64,000 nt of DNA from Acutalibacteraceae bacterium (GTDB lineage Bacteria > Bacillota > Clostridia > Oscillospirales > Acutalibacteraceae): NCBI GenBank assembly GCA_045598305.1, contig JAZLLW010000031.1, positions 939 to 64,938 on the forward strand, in the 5' to 3' direction. Shown one piece after another: positions 18,403 through 26,997 of this stretch; positions within the stretch are counted from its first letter, which is position 1, and each line of letters starts with the position of its first letter. The position numbers and the translations under genes are program-made. The notes under the pieces were generated by a model. The model saw only the letters and a program-made list of their open reading frames with translations, had not been told where the DNA came from and did not search any database.

Positions 18403-19254
18403 ATGAATGAAAAAATGACAGTTCAGTGGTTTCCCGGCCACATGGCAAAGACAAGGCGGCTTATCAAGGAAAGTCTGCCCCTTGTTGATGCGGTATGTGA
18501 AATAGTGGATGCCCGTCTTCCCGAAAGCAGCAGAAACCCCGAAATTGATGAAATAGTCGGCTCAAAGCCGAGAATAATCCTGCTCAATAAGGCAGACCTT
18601 GCAGACGATAAGGCGACAGCCGACAGAATAAAGAAATTTGCCGAAGCAGGCATAAAGGCGCTTCCCGTTGACTGCCGGAGCGGTAAGGGACTGGAAAAAT
18701 TCCAGCTCGCCGTCAAAGAGGTGCTGAAAGATAAGATTCAGGCCAATATTGACAGAGGAATGGGCGGAAAGACCCTGCGCGTAATGGTAGTCGGCATTCC
18801 CAATACCGGCAAATCCTCCTTCATCAACCGTATGGCGGGAGGAGTAAAGGCAAAGGTTGCCGATAAGCCCGGCGTAACGAGAGGAAATCAGTGGTTCAAT
18901 ATCGGGCAGGGTATCGAGCTGCTTGATACTCCCGGTGTATTGTGGCCTAAATTTGAAGACCCCGAGGTGGGCTTCAAGCTTACCTTCATCGGCTCGGTAA
19001 AGGATGACATCCTTGATATCCAGGAAATTGCCGTCAGACTTCTTCTCGTAATGCAGAAGAATTATCCCGACCGTCTTGAAGCGAGATATAAAATAAGTGA
19101 TTTTGAAGACCTTGAGCCCTATGAATTGCTTGAGCTTATCGCCCGCAAGCGCGGAATGCTGCTCAGAAAGGGCGAGTACGATACCGAAAGGGCGGCGGTC
19201 ATGCTCCTTGACGAATACCGCGGGGGCAAGCTGGGCAAAATCACACTTGACTGA
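18403..19254 (+). CDS. rbgA: Ribosome biogenesis GTPase A (YlqF/RbgA)
   Basis: It shows circularly permuted GTPase motifs (QWFPGHM, LLNKADL, GIPNTGKSS, DTPG). Confidence 0.9.
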   Translation: MNEKMTVQWFPGHMAKTRRLIKESLPLVDAVCEIVDARLPESSRNPEIDEIVGSKPRIILLNKADLADDKATADRIKKFAEAGIKALPVDCRSGKGLEKFQLAVKEVLKDKIQANIDRGMGGKTLRVMVVGIPNTGKSSFINRMAGGVKAKVADKPGVTRGNQWFNIGQGIELLDTPGVLWPKFEDPEVGFKLTFIGSVKDDILDIQEIAVRLLLVMQKNYPDRLEARYKISDFEDLEPYELLELIARKRGMLLRKGEYDTERAAVMLLDEYRGGKLGKITLD

Positions 19255-19277
19255 TAACAGAGAAAGGAGATACGGTA

Positions 19278-20414
19278 ATGAGAAAAATAATGGGGTTTTT
19301 TCTTGCGGCAGTATTATTCCTTGATATGGTCAGCGTCGGAGTAATCGTTTACACAAGAGCAAAAGAGCTTTCCAGGCAGGGTGAGGATGATGTTTACGCC
19401 AGAGCCACGGTCGCGGCAATGGGCAACAACCTCATTAGTGACGAAATGAACAGACAGGCGTCTGAGAGGGGCTCCGGCGAGGGCTACGACTATAAATTCT
19501 TTTATGAAGGCATATCCGATGAAATCGGAGGTAAGGATATCGTTCTGCTTACCCTTGAATCCGTAATGTCTTCAGACCATGAGGTTACGGGAGGCAGTCT
19601 GCTGAATGCCCCCGATGAACTGGCGGACACTCTTACGGCACTGGGCGTGAACGTGGTCAATCTTGCATCACCCCACGTACTTGACTACGGCGAAAAGGGG
19701 CTGGAAAACACTCTTGCCTGCTGGTCGGGGAAAGGTGTTTCCGCCATCGGCGCATACAAGAAAACGAAGGACGGTCTCAAGCCCGTTATCCGCAATGTGA
19801 ACGGAATAAAAATCGGCTTTGTCGGATATACGGAAAAGACGGATGGTTTAAGCGGCAGCTCAAAATTTGCGGTCATGAATCCTCAGGCGGAAACCGCGAT
19901 CAGAGACCTTATTACCGAAACCAAGGCGAAGGCGGACGTGGTAATCGTCTGCGCCAACTGGGGCGAGGAATTCAGCGCCGAAATAACCGAAAAGCAGAGA
20001 GAAAGTGCACAGAAGCTTTCCGACTGGGGAGCCGATGTTGTCGTAGGTACGTTCCCCAGAGTTATTCAGCCCATTGAATATATCGTCAGAGAGGACGGAA
20101 CGAAAACCCTCGTGGCATATTCCCTCGGCAATCTTATTTCCACGGGCGGCAGTCCCGAATCCCTTTTAGGCGGAATACTTGAATTTGATATCGTGCGCAA
20201 GACCGCAAAATCCGCGGCGGAAATCAAAAATATCAGAATCAGAGGCGTTATCACTCACTACGGTGAGAATATGACCAAAATCAGAAGCTATATGCTTTCC
20301 GATTATAACGAAGAGCTGGCATCCGGGCACGCCATTTACGGTGAGACCGAATGGAAGTATGAATGGCTCAGCGGGCTGTTTGAAAAAACCTTTGCCGGTG
20401 AATTCAGAGGATAA
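19278..20414 (+). CDS. CapA-family (PGA_cap) metallophosphatase-like membrane-anchored protein
   Basis: 378 aa with an N-terminal TM segment and a CapA-like core (NLASPHVLDYG, HWGEE-like ANWGEEFS). Confidence 0.7.
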   Translation: MRKIMGFFLAAVLFLDMVSVGVIVYTRAKELSRQGEDDVYARATVAAMGNNLISDEMNRQASERGSGEGYDYKFFYEGISDEIGGKDIVLLTLESVMSSDHEVTGGSLLNAPDELADTLTALGVNVVNLASPHVLDYGEKGLENTLACWSGKGVSAIGAYKKTKDGLKPVIRNVNGIKIGFVGYTEKTDGLSGSSKFAVMNPQAETAIRDLITETKAKADVVIVCANWGEEFSAEITEKQRESAQKLSDWGADVVVGTFPRVIQPIEYIVREDGTKTLVAYSLGNLISTGGSPESLLGGILEFDIVRKTAKSAAEIKNIRIRGVITHYGENMTKIRSYMLSDYNEELASGHAIYGETEWKYEWLSGLFEKTFAGEFRG

Positions 20415-20417
20415 TAT

Positions 20418-21017
20418 ATGGAATATAATTATGAGATTTCCGCAGGCGAAAAGGGATATAAATCAATATGTGGCATAGACGAGGCAGGCAGAGGTCCTCT
20501 TGCGGGTCCCGTTTATGCGGCGGCGGTAATTCTGCCCGTCGGGCTTGAAATACCCGGTCTCAACGATTCAAAAAAGCTTACCGAAAAAAAGAGGGAAGAG
20601 CTTTTTGACATCATAACGGAAAAGGCAGTCGCCTGTTCAATCGCTTCTGCGACCGCAAAGGAAATTGACGAAATAAACATCCTGCAGGCAACCTTTCTTG
20701 CAATGAAAAGGGCTCAGGAGGGTCTGAACATTCCCGCCGACTACGCTCTCATTGACGGCAACAGAATGCCTCCCCTCGCCATTGACGGCGAAACGATTAT
20801 CAAGGGGGATGCAAAAAGCCCCTCCATCGCCGCGGCATCGATTCTTGCCAAGGTCAGCAGGGACAGATATATGTATGAGCTTGATAAGCAGTTTCCTCAG
20901 TATTGCTTCGCAAAGCATAAGGGCTACGGCACAAAGCTTCATTATGAATGCATTGAAAAATACGGCATTTCGGAGCATCACCGTCTGACGTTTCTCAAAA
21001 ATATAATCAACAAGTGA
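20418..21017 (+). CDS. rnhB: Ribonuclease HII
   Basis: GIDEAGRGPLAGPV and DSKKL motifs. Confidence 0.9.
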   Translation: MEYNYEISAGEKGYKSICGIDEAGRGPLAGPVYAAAVILPVGLEIPGLNDSKKLTEKKREELFDIITEKAVACSIASATAKEIDEINILQATFLAMKRAQEGLNIPADYALIDGNRMPPLAIDGETIIKGDAKSPSIAAASILAKVSRDRYMYELDKQFPQYCFAKHKGYGTKLHYECIEKYGISEHHRLTFLKNIINK

Positions 21018-21018
21018 T

Positions 21019-21372
21019 ATGATTAAGAATAAATCGGGTGTCTGGGGCGAGGTTTACGCCGCAAGATACCTCAGAGACAACGGATATAAGATAATAACCT
21101 CAAACTATGCGTGCCGTTTCGGTGAGCTTGACCTGGTTGCTCTCAAAAACAAAACGCTGTGCATAGTTGAAGTCAAGACCAGAGAAGAAAATACCTCCGT
21201 CAGACCCATGGAGGCGGTTGACGAAAACAAGCAGGAGAAAATCACAATGGCGGCAAACAGCTTCCTGCGTTACTCAAAGCTTGATTATCCGATAAGATTT
21301 GATGTGTGCGAGGTGTATCTTGATACGGATTATAAGCCGGTAAAAATAAATTATATTGAAAATGCTTTCTGA
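21019..21372 (+). CDS. YraN-family (UPF0102) endonuclease-like protein
   Basis: 117 aa reading GELDLVA...IVEVKTR. The position after rnhB is conserved. Confidence 0.85.
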   Translation: MIKNKSGVWGEVYAARYLRDNGYKIITSNYACRFGELDLVALKNKTLCIVEVKTREENTSVRPMEAVDENKQEKITMAANSFLRYSKLDYPIRFDVCEVYLDTDYKPVKINYIENAF

Positions 21373-21389
21373 AGGGGGGAGCGAAAACC

Positions 21390-21887
21390 TTGGAGTCTGC
21401 AGTAAACAGTATAATCAACTTCTTTACGGATACGACCCCGAAGGAGCTTATAGTTTTCCTCGTTTCTCTCTTGCCCGTTCTTGAATGCAGAGGCGGTATG
21501 CTTGCCGCAAAGCTGCTCGGAGTAAAGCTCTGGAAAGCGTTTATCATCTGCTACGCGGGTAATATTATTCCAATACCGTTCATTCTTCTTTTTGTCCGTA
21601 AGCTTTTCAGATTTCTGGGCAAATTTGAATGGTCAAAGAAGCTGGTTGACAAATTCGTAAACCGCTCCCTTAAAAAAGGCGATAAGGTGGTTAAATACAA
21701 GGGCTGGGGTCTGCTTCTTTTCGTGTCGATTCCTTTGCCGGGTACGGGGGGATGGACGGGCGCCGTGCTTGCAGATATACTTGACCTGAGATTCAAGTAT
21801 TCTCTGCCCATAATTGCCGTTGGTGTACTTATAGCAGACCTTATCATGACGGCTCTGTCCTACGGCCTTCTGGGGCTTGTGATATAA
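21390..21887 (+). CDS. Small multidrug export-like membrane protein (COG2426 type)
   Basis: 165 aa, 4 TM segments, with the motif LPVLECRGG. TTG start follows a GGGGGA box. Confidence 0.65.
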   Translation: MESAVNSIINFFTDTTPKELIVFLVSLLPVLECRGGMLAAKLLGVKLWKAFIICYAGNIIPIPFILLFVRKLFRFLGKFEWSKKLVDKFVNRSLKKGDKVVKYKGWGLLLFVSIPLPGTGGWTGAVLADILDLRFKYSLPIIAVGVLIADLIMTALSYGLLGLVI

Positions 21888-21930
21888 GTGAATAGTGAAG
21901 AGTGAATAGTTAAAGGTCGCTTCGCTCCGG
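21888..21930 (-). repeat. Copy 2 (inverted) of the dispersed short repeat CCGGAGCGAAGCGACC-N-TATTCACT
   Basis: The reverse complement reads CCGGAGCGAAGCGACCTTTAACTATTCACTCTTCACTATTCAC. Confidence 0.7.
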
Positions 21931-21944
21931 TTATATTATCCAAA

Positions 21945-21992
21945 GTAAAAACACAGCATCTGCTCAGAATCGGGCAGATGCTGTTTCTGTTA
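21945..21992. terminator. Bidirectional rho-independent terminator between convergent genes
   Basis: Stem ACAGCATCTGC (21953-63) pairs with GCAGATGCTGT (21974-84). It is flanked by an A-run upstream and TTTCTGTTATTT downstream. Confidence 0.7.
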
Positions 21993-22001
21993 TTTGTTCG
22001 T

Positions 22002-23435
22002 TTATTCATCAATAACCTTTGCGGCTTGGTATAACTTCAGGTATTTCAGGTATTTCTTTTCATAAAAATCCGTGAGAGATTTGTCGGGGCGGATTGTTTC
22101 CCTTGTACCGTAAAAAGCGGGAGAAATATCCTTTCCCGTTCCCTTTGCCGCAAGAATGCACGCACCGAGTACGCCTCCGTGCTCAAGCAGGGGGATTTTG
22201 ATATTTATATCCAGCACGGTTGCCGTCAGCTGAGTCCAGAAAAGGCTTTTTGTACCGCCGCCGCAGATACCCGATTCGGTTATATTCACGCCGAGGGATT
22301 TTATGATTTCAACATTCTGTTTAAGTGAAAAAGCTACACCCTCAAGCACCGCAAGAGCCATTTCCTCCCTTGTGGTGTTCATGGAAAGACCGTAAAACAT
22401 ACCTCTTACTTTTGTGTCGTTTACGGGGGAGCGTTCACCCATAAGATAGGGCAGGAAAACGACGTCGCTTTTGCCTGCATACCGCTTCACTTCGTCGCTG
22501 TAATCGGTTTTGAGTATATCCTCAATCCACCATTTGTTGCATGATGCGGCGGTGAGAGTGCAGGCGAGGTAATGATATTTTCCGTTTGCGGAGCAGAAGG
22601 AATGAATGGCATTCTCTCTGTCGCAGTTGAATTTATCCGAGCAAACGAAAACCGTACCCGAGGTGCCGAGCGAAATGTTGCAGTCGCCGTCGCTGACGGC
22701 TCCCGTTCCGATTGCCGAGGCGGCATTGTCGCCGGCACCGATGACGATTTTAACCTCATCAAAGCCAAGCTCCTGCGCTATTTCCTTTTTCAGATTGCCT
22801 ATCGGCTCATAGCTTTCAGATACCTTCGGAAGCTTATCCTCGGATATATGGCATATTTCAAGCATTTCGTCTGACCAGCATCTGTTTTTCGTATCAAAGT
22901 AGAGTGTGCCTGCCGCATCCGAGGTGTCAGTTGCAAAAACGCCCGACATCATATACGCAACGTAATCCTTGGGCAGACAGATTTTTTCCGCCCTTGCGAA
23001 ATTTTTCGGCTCGTTATTGTAAACCCAGAGAAGCTTGGGCGCGGTGAAGCCGGCAAACGCTATATTTCCCGTTTTGTCAAGCAGGAAATCCCTGCCGATT
23101 TCATCGTTAAGGAAGGAAACCTCCTTTTCGCTCCTGCCGTCATTCCAGAGGATGGCGGGGCGGATAACCTTATCCTCTTTGTCAAGCATAACAAGGCCGT
23201 GCATCTGACCGGAAAAGCTGATTGCCCTTACCTCGCTTTTATCAATACCGGCGGTGAGCTCTTTTATTGCGTCAATGCTTTCACCGTACCAGTCTTCGGG
23301 ATTCTGTTCCGACCATCCGCTGTGGGGAAAGGAGAGAGGATAATCCCTTGATACCGTGCCGATTATTTCGCTGTCGCTTGTGAGCATCGCCTTAACCGAG
23401 GAGGTGCCCACGTCAAGTCCGATATAGTAATTCAT
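22002..23435 (-). CDS. xylB: Xylulokinase-like FGGY kinase
   Basis: 477 aa reading MNYYIGLDVGTSSVKAML, with the FGGY C-terminal GGGTKS motif. Confidence 0.8.
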   Translation of the reverse strand: MNYYIGLDVGTSSVKAMLTSDSEIIGTVSRDYPLSFPHSGWSEQNPEDWYGESIDAIKELTAGIDKSEVRAISFSGQMHGLVMLDKEDKVIRPAILWNDGRSEKEVSFLNDEIGRDFLLDKTGNIAFAGFTAPKLLWVYNNEPKNFARAEKICLPKDYVAYMMSGVFATDTSDAAGTLYFDTKNRCWSDEMLEICHISEDKLPKVSESYEPIGNLKKEIAQELGFDEVKIVIGAGDNAASAIGTGAVSDGDCNISLGTSGTVFVCSDKFNCDRENAIHSFCSANGKYHYLACTLTAASCNKWWIEDILKTDYSDEVKRYAGKSDVVFLPYLMGERSPVNDTKVRGMFYGLSMNTTREEMALAVLEGVAFSLKQNVEIIKSLGVNITESGICGGGTKSLFWTQLTATVLDINIKIPLLEHGGVLGACILAAKGTGKDISPAFYGTRETIRPDKSLTDFYEKKYLKYLKLYQAAKVIDE

Positions 23436-23437
23436 AA

Positions 23438-24907
23438 TTACCCCCAGGGATTTTCGGTAGGATATCTGACCTCTTTCGGCTGATTATATCCGATATCTGA
23501 TACACCGAAATATCTGAATACCTCATAGAGTGCCTTTCCGCAGTGTGAGAATGCGACCGCACCGTGATGAGGGAATTTCTTTTCAATGAGAATATGACGG
23601 TAGAATCTGCCCATTTCGGGGATGGCGAATACACCTATACCGCCGAAGGAACGGGTGGCAACGGGAAGTACCTCGCCTTGGGCGATATATGACCTGAGAT
23701 TGCCCTCACTGTCGCATTGCAGACGGTAGAAGGTGATATCCGAGGGAGCTATATCTCCCTCAAGAGTGCCTCTCGTGAAGTCGGGCTCGCTTCCCGCGGG
23801 CTCAAGCAGTCTGTGCTGAATGAGCTGATATTTTACACCGCAGCCGTCACACATCTTGCATGACGGAGTGTTTCCGCAATGGAAGCCCATAAAGGTATCT
23901 GTGATACCGTAATTGAATTTTCCTTTGATATTTTCTTCATAGATGTATGAGGGAACGGAATTGTTGATATCAAGCAGGGTGACCGCATCTTTTGTTACGC
24001 AGGCACCGATATATTCCGAAAGAGCGCCGTAAATATCCACCTCGCAGGCAATGGGGATACCCTTTGAAGCAAGGCGTGAATTGACGTAGCAGGGTTCAAA
24101 GCCGAACTGCTCGGGGAATGCGGGCCAGCATTTATCGGCAAAGACGACGTACTCTCTGTCGCCCTTGTGTGCGTCTGCCCAGTCAAGGAGAGTCAGCTCA
24201 AAGCGTGCCATTCTCTCAAGCATATCCTCATAAACGTTTTTGCCCATTTCGGCTTTCATTTCTTCAATGATTGCGTTTACTCTTGAGTCGCCTTTAAGTG
24301 CATTATATGCAACGAGCAGGTCAAGCTCGCTGTTTTCCTCAATCTCAACTCCCAGCTCGTAAAGTCCCTTTATGGGGGCGTTGCAGGCAAAGAAATCCTG
24401 GGGTCTGGGACCGAAGGTGATGATTTTAAGATTTGAAACACCGATGATTCCTCTTGCAACGGGGATAAATTCCCTTATTATTGAGGCGCATTCATCAGCC
24501 GTACCGACGGGATATGAGGGAATGTAAGCCCTCAGATGACGCATACCGAGATTGTATGAGCAGTTGAGCATACCGCAGTAGGCATCGCCTCTGCCGTTTA
24601 TCATATCTCCGTCACCCTCTGCGGCGGCAATCACCATTGAGGGACCTCTGAATTTCTTTACGAGGAGTGTTTCGGGAGTTTCGGGACCGAAGTTACCCAG
24701 GAATACGACGAGCGCATTTACGCCGTGGGCTTCAATGTCGGCTATTGCCTTTGCTGCGTCCGCTTCATTTTCAACGGTTACGGGGCATTCATAGAGTCCT
24801 TCACCGAATGCTTTGACTATATTTGCTCTGCGCATTTCGGAAAGTGCGATGGGGAAGCAGTCACGGGAAACTGCGATTATGCCGGGCTTTACTGACGGAA
24901 TATTCAT
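23438..24907 (-). CDS. L-fucose/L-arabinose isomerase-family sugar isomerase (second paralog)
   Basis: 489 aa with the motif KCWPAFPEQFGFEPCYVNSRLASKGIPIACEVDIYGALS. The same signature appears at 8224..9567. Confidence 0.8.
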   Translation of the reverse strand: MNIPSVKPGIIAVSRDCFPIALSEMRRANIVKAFGEGLYECPVTVENEADAAKAIADIEAHGVNALVVFLGNFGPETPETLLVKKFRGPSMVIAAAEGDGDMINGRGDAYCGMLNCSYNLGMRHLRAYIPSYPVGTADECASIIREFIPVARGIIGVSNLKIITFGPRPQDFFACNAPIKGLYELGVEIEENSELDLLVAYNALKGDSRVNAIIEEMKAEMGKNVYEDMLERMARFELTLLDWADAHKGDREYVVFADKCWPAFPEQFGFEPCYVNSRLASKGIPIACEVDIYGALSEYIGACVTKDAVTLLDINNSVPSYIYEENIKGKFNYGITDTFMGFHCGNTPSCKMCDGCGVKYQLIQHRLLEPAGSEPDFTRGTLEGDIAPSDITFYRLQCDSEGNLRSYIAQGEVLPVATRSFGGIGVFAIPEMGRFYRHILIEKKFPHHGAVAFSHCGKALYEVFRYFGVSDIGYNQPKEVRYPTENPWG

Positions 24908-24919
24908 AATAACCTCCGG

Positions 24920-26986
24920 TTACAGTTCAATTTCAATTTTCTTTTTCATTGCATCCTCTGCATCCTGACCGATGTAGAGGGTGTATTTCTTCTCATTGTA
25001 GGTTGATTTTGTCGCGGGATCGTAAAATGCAAGACGGCTGAGCGGAATCGAAAGAGTCACTCTCTGACTTTCGCCTGCCGCCGCAAGTACCTTTTTGAAG
25101 CCCTTGAGCTGTTTTACGGGGTGGTCACCCTCTGCGCCCGCATAGACCTGAATGACGGTTTTGCCGTCTCTGTCGCCCTTGTTTCTGACTGTAAGGGAGA
25201 CCCGCACCTCGTCTTTTACGACCTTTGCGGTTACCCTCTGATAGTCAAATTTTGTATATGACAGACCGAAGCCGAATGGGAAGGATGCGGCTTTGCCTTC
25301 CTTGTCAAGAAGGGTATAGCCGTGGTAATAGCCGTAAAGCATATCCCTCTCTTTGCTTCCGGGGAAGAGGAACGGGGGATAATCGTCTTCGTCTTTTGCA
25401 ACGGTAAAGGGCAGATGACCCGAGGGGTTCACGTTGCCTGCGATGATATCCGCAAGCGCGTTGCCGCCCTCCATACCGCCGTAAAACGAATGAAGGATTG
25501 CGCTGACGCTGTCCTTCCATTCGTCAATTACGTAGGCACTGCCGCCGATTATATTGACGATAACGTTTTTGCAGGATGCGACGGCGTGACGGATGAGAGC
25601 CGTTTCGTCCTTTGAAATACGCAGGGAGTATCTGTCTCCGCCCATACCCATTTCGGCTACGTCGTCGTTTTTGGTGAAGTTGGCGAGATTTTCGCCCTCC
25701 TGCTTATAGTCGCTGCCTACACAGATGATTACCGCATCGCACTTCTTGATTTCGGATTCCTTGGGAGTAAGACTCGTTCCCTCAAGAAGCACCACGTTGT
25801 TTTTGCCGAAAACGTTGCAAAGACCCTCGTAGGGTGTGACGGTGTACGGGCTGTAAACGGAGCTGGAGCCGTGGTCACCGACGTTGATTTTATCTGCATA
25901 TCTGCCGACTACGGCAACCTTCATTGATTTGTCAAGAGGAAGCAGACCGTCGTTTTTGAGCAGTACCGTTCCTTCTGCCGCGGCTCTGCGGGCAAGGGCG
26001 GTGTGCTCTTTGCTCGCAATGACGGATTTGTCGGCCTTTTTAAGCTTCGGATTGATTTTTATCAGGCTCCTCAGAATGCTCTGAACGGAGGAATTTATGT
26101 CATCCTCGGATACCTTGCCCGCCTTCAGATTGAATGGCAGAGTGGCATAGTGCATTATCTGGGGCATTTCGATATCAAGACCCGCCTTCAGCGCCTTGGG
26201 AGCATTTCTGACACCCATAAGAAAATCGGAAATGGTAAAGCCCGTAAATCCCCATTGGTCACGCAGGATATCTTTGAGCAGATATCTGCTTTCACAGCAG
26301 TGATCTCCTCTGAAAAGATTGTATGCGCCCATGATTGACATTGCACCCGCGTCGATGCACGCCTTGAAATGAGGCAGATAAACCTCATGAAGGGTGATTT
26401 CGTCGCAGTTGACGTTAACGTCAAAGCGGATGTTTTCAATGCTGTTGAGAGCGAAGTGCTTGGGGCAGGCGATAACGCCCTTATCCTGCACCGCCCTTGT
26501 CAGAGCAGCGCCCATTTCGGAAAGGAGATACGGGTCTTCGCCGTAGGTTTCCTGAGCTCTGCCCCAGCGGGGATTCCGCAGCAGATTGATGCAGATACCC
26601 GCAAAGTAGTTTCCGCCCTGAGCGGTGACCTCGTCGGCGATGGCGGAGCCGATTTCGTATTCAAGCTCGCTGTCAAAGGATGCACCTCTGAGCATGGAAA
26701 CGGGGAAACAGGTGCTTTTACCCATTACGCATCCTCTCGGGCCGTCGGAGAAAGCAACCTCGGGGATTCCCAGACGCTTTACGCCGCCCGCGATGCAGGG
26801 ACGGCAGTTATATTTCTGACCGTTGACGAAAAGGTCGTAGCCGTTTCTGATAAAAAACTGCCTGCCCGAAAGCATACCCAGTTTCTCTTTCAGCGTCAGC
26901 TCGCCGCACAGTTTTTCCGCGGCATCGTAAAGACCTTCGTCGGTGGGGTTTTCGCTGTAATATTTAACGGCATCATCAAAATTCAT
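24920..26986 (-). CDS. GH3 beta-glucosidase/beta-xylosidase (no signal peptide)
   Basis: 688 aa carrying the GH3 motifs SDGPRG and KHFALNS, and the nucleophile context GFTISDF. Confidence 0.9.
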   Translation of the reverse strand: MNFDDAVKYYSENPTDEGLYDAAEKLCGELTLKEKLGMLSGRQFFIRNGYDLFVNGQKYNCRPCIAGGVKRLGIPEVAFSDGPRGCVMGKSTCFPVSMLRGASFDSELEYEIGSAIADEVTAQGGNYFAGICINLLRNPRWGRAQETYGEDPYLLSEMGAALTRAVQDKGVIACPKHFALNSIENIRFDVNVNCDEITLHEVYLPHFKACIDAGAMSIMGAYNLFRGDHCCESRYLLKDILRDQWGFTGFTISDFLMGVRNAPKALKAGLDIEMPQIMHYATLPFNLKAGKVSEDDINSSVQSILRSLIKINPKLKKADKSVIASKEHTALARRAAAEGTVLLKNDGLLPLDKSMKVAVVGRYADKINVGDHGSSSVYSPYTVTPYEGLCNVFGKNNVVLLEGTSLTPKESEIKKCDAVIICVGSDYKQEGENLANFTKNDDVAEMGMGGDRYSLRISKDETALIRHAVASCKNVIVNIIGGSAYVIDEWKDSVSAILHSFYGGMEGGNALADIIAGNVNPSGHLPFTVAKDEDDYPPFLFPGSKERDMLYGYYHGYTLLDKEGKAASFPFGFGLSYTKFDYQRVTAKVVKDEVRVSLTVRNKGDRDGKTVIQVYAGAEGDHPVKQLKGFKKVLAAAGESQRVTLSIPLSRLAFYDPATKSTYNEKKYTLYIGQDAEDAMKKKIEIEL

Positions 26987-26997
26987 ATCTGTACCTC

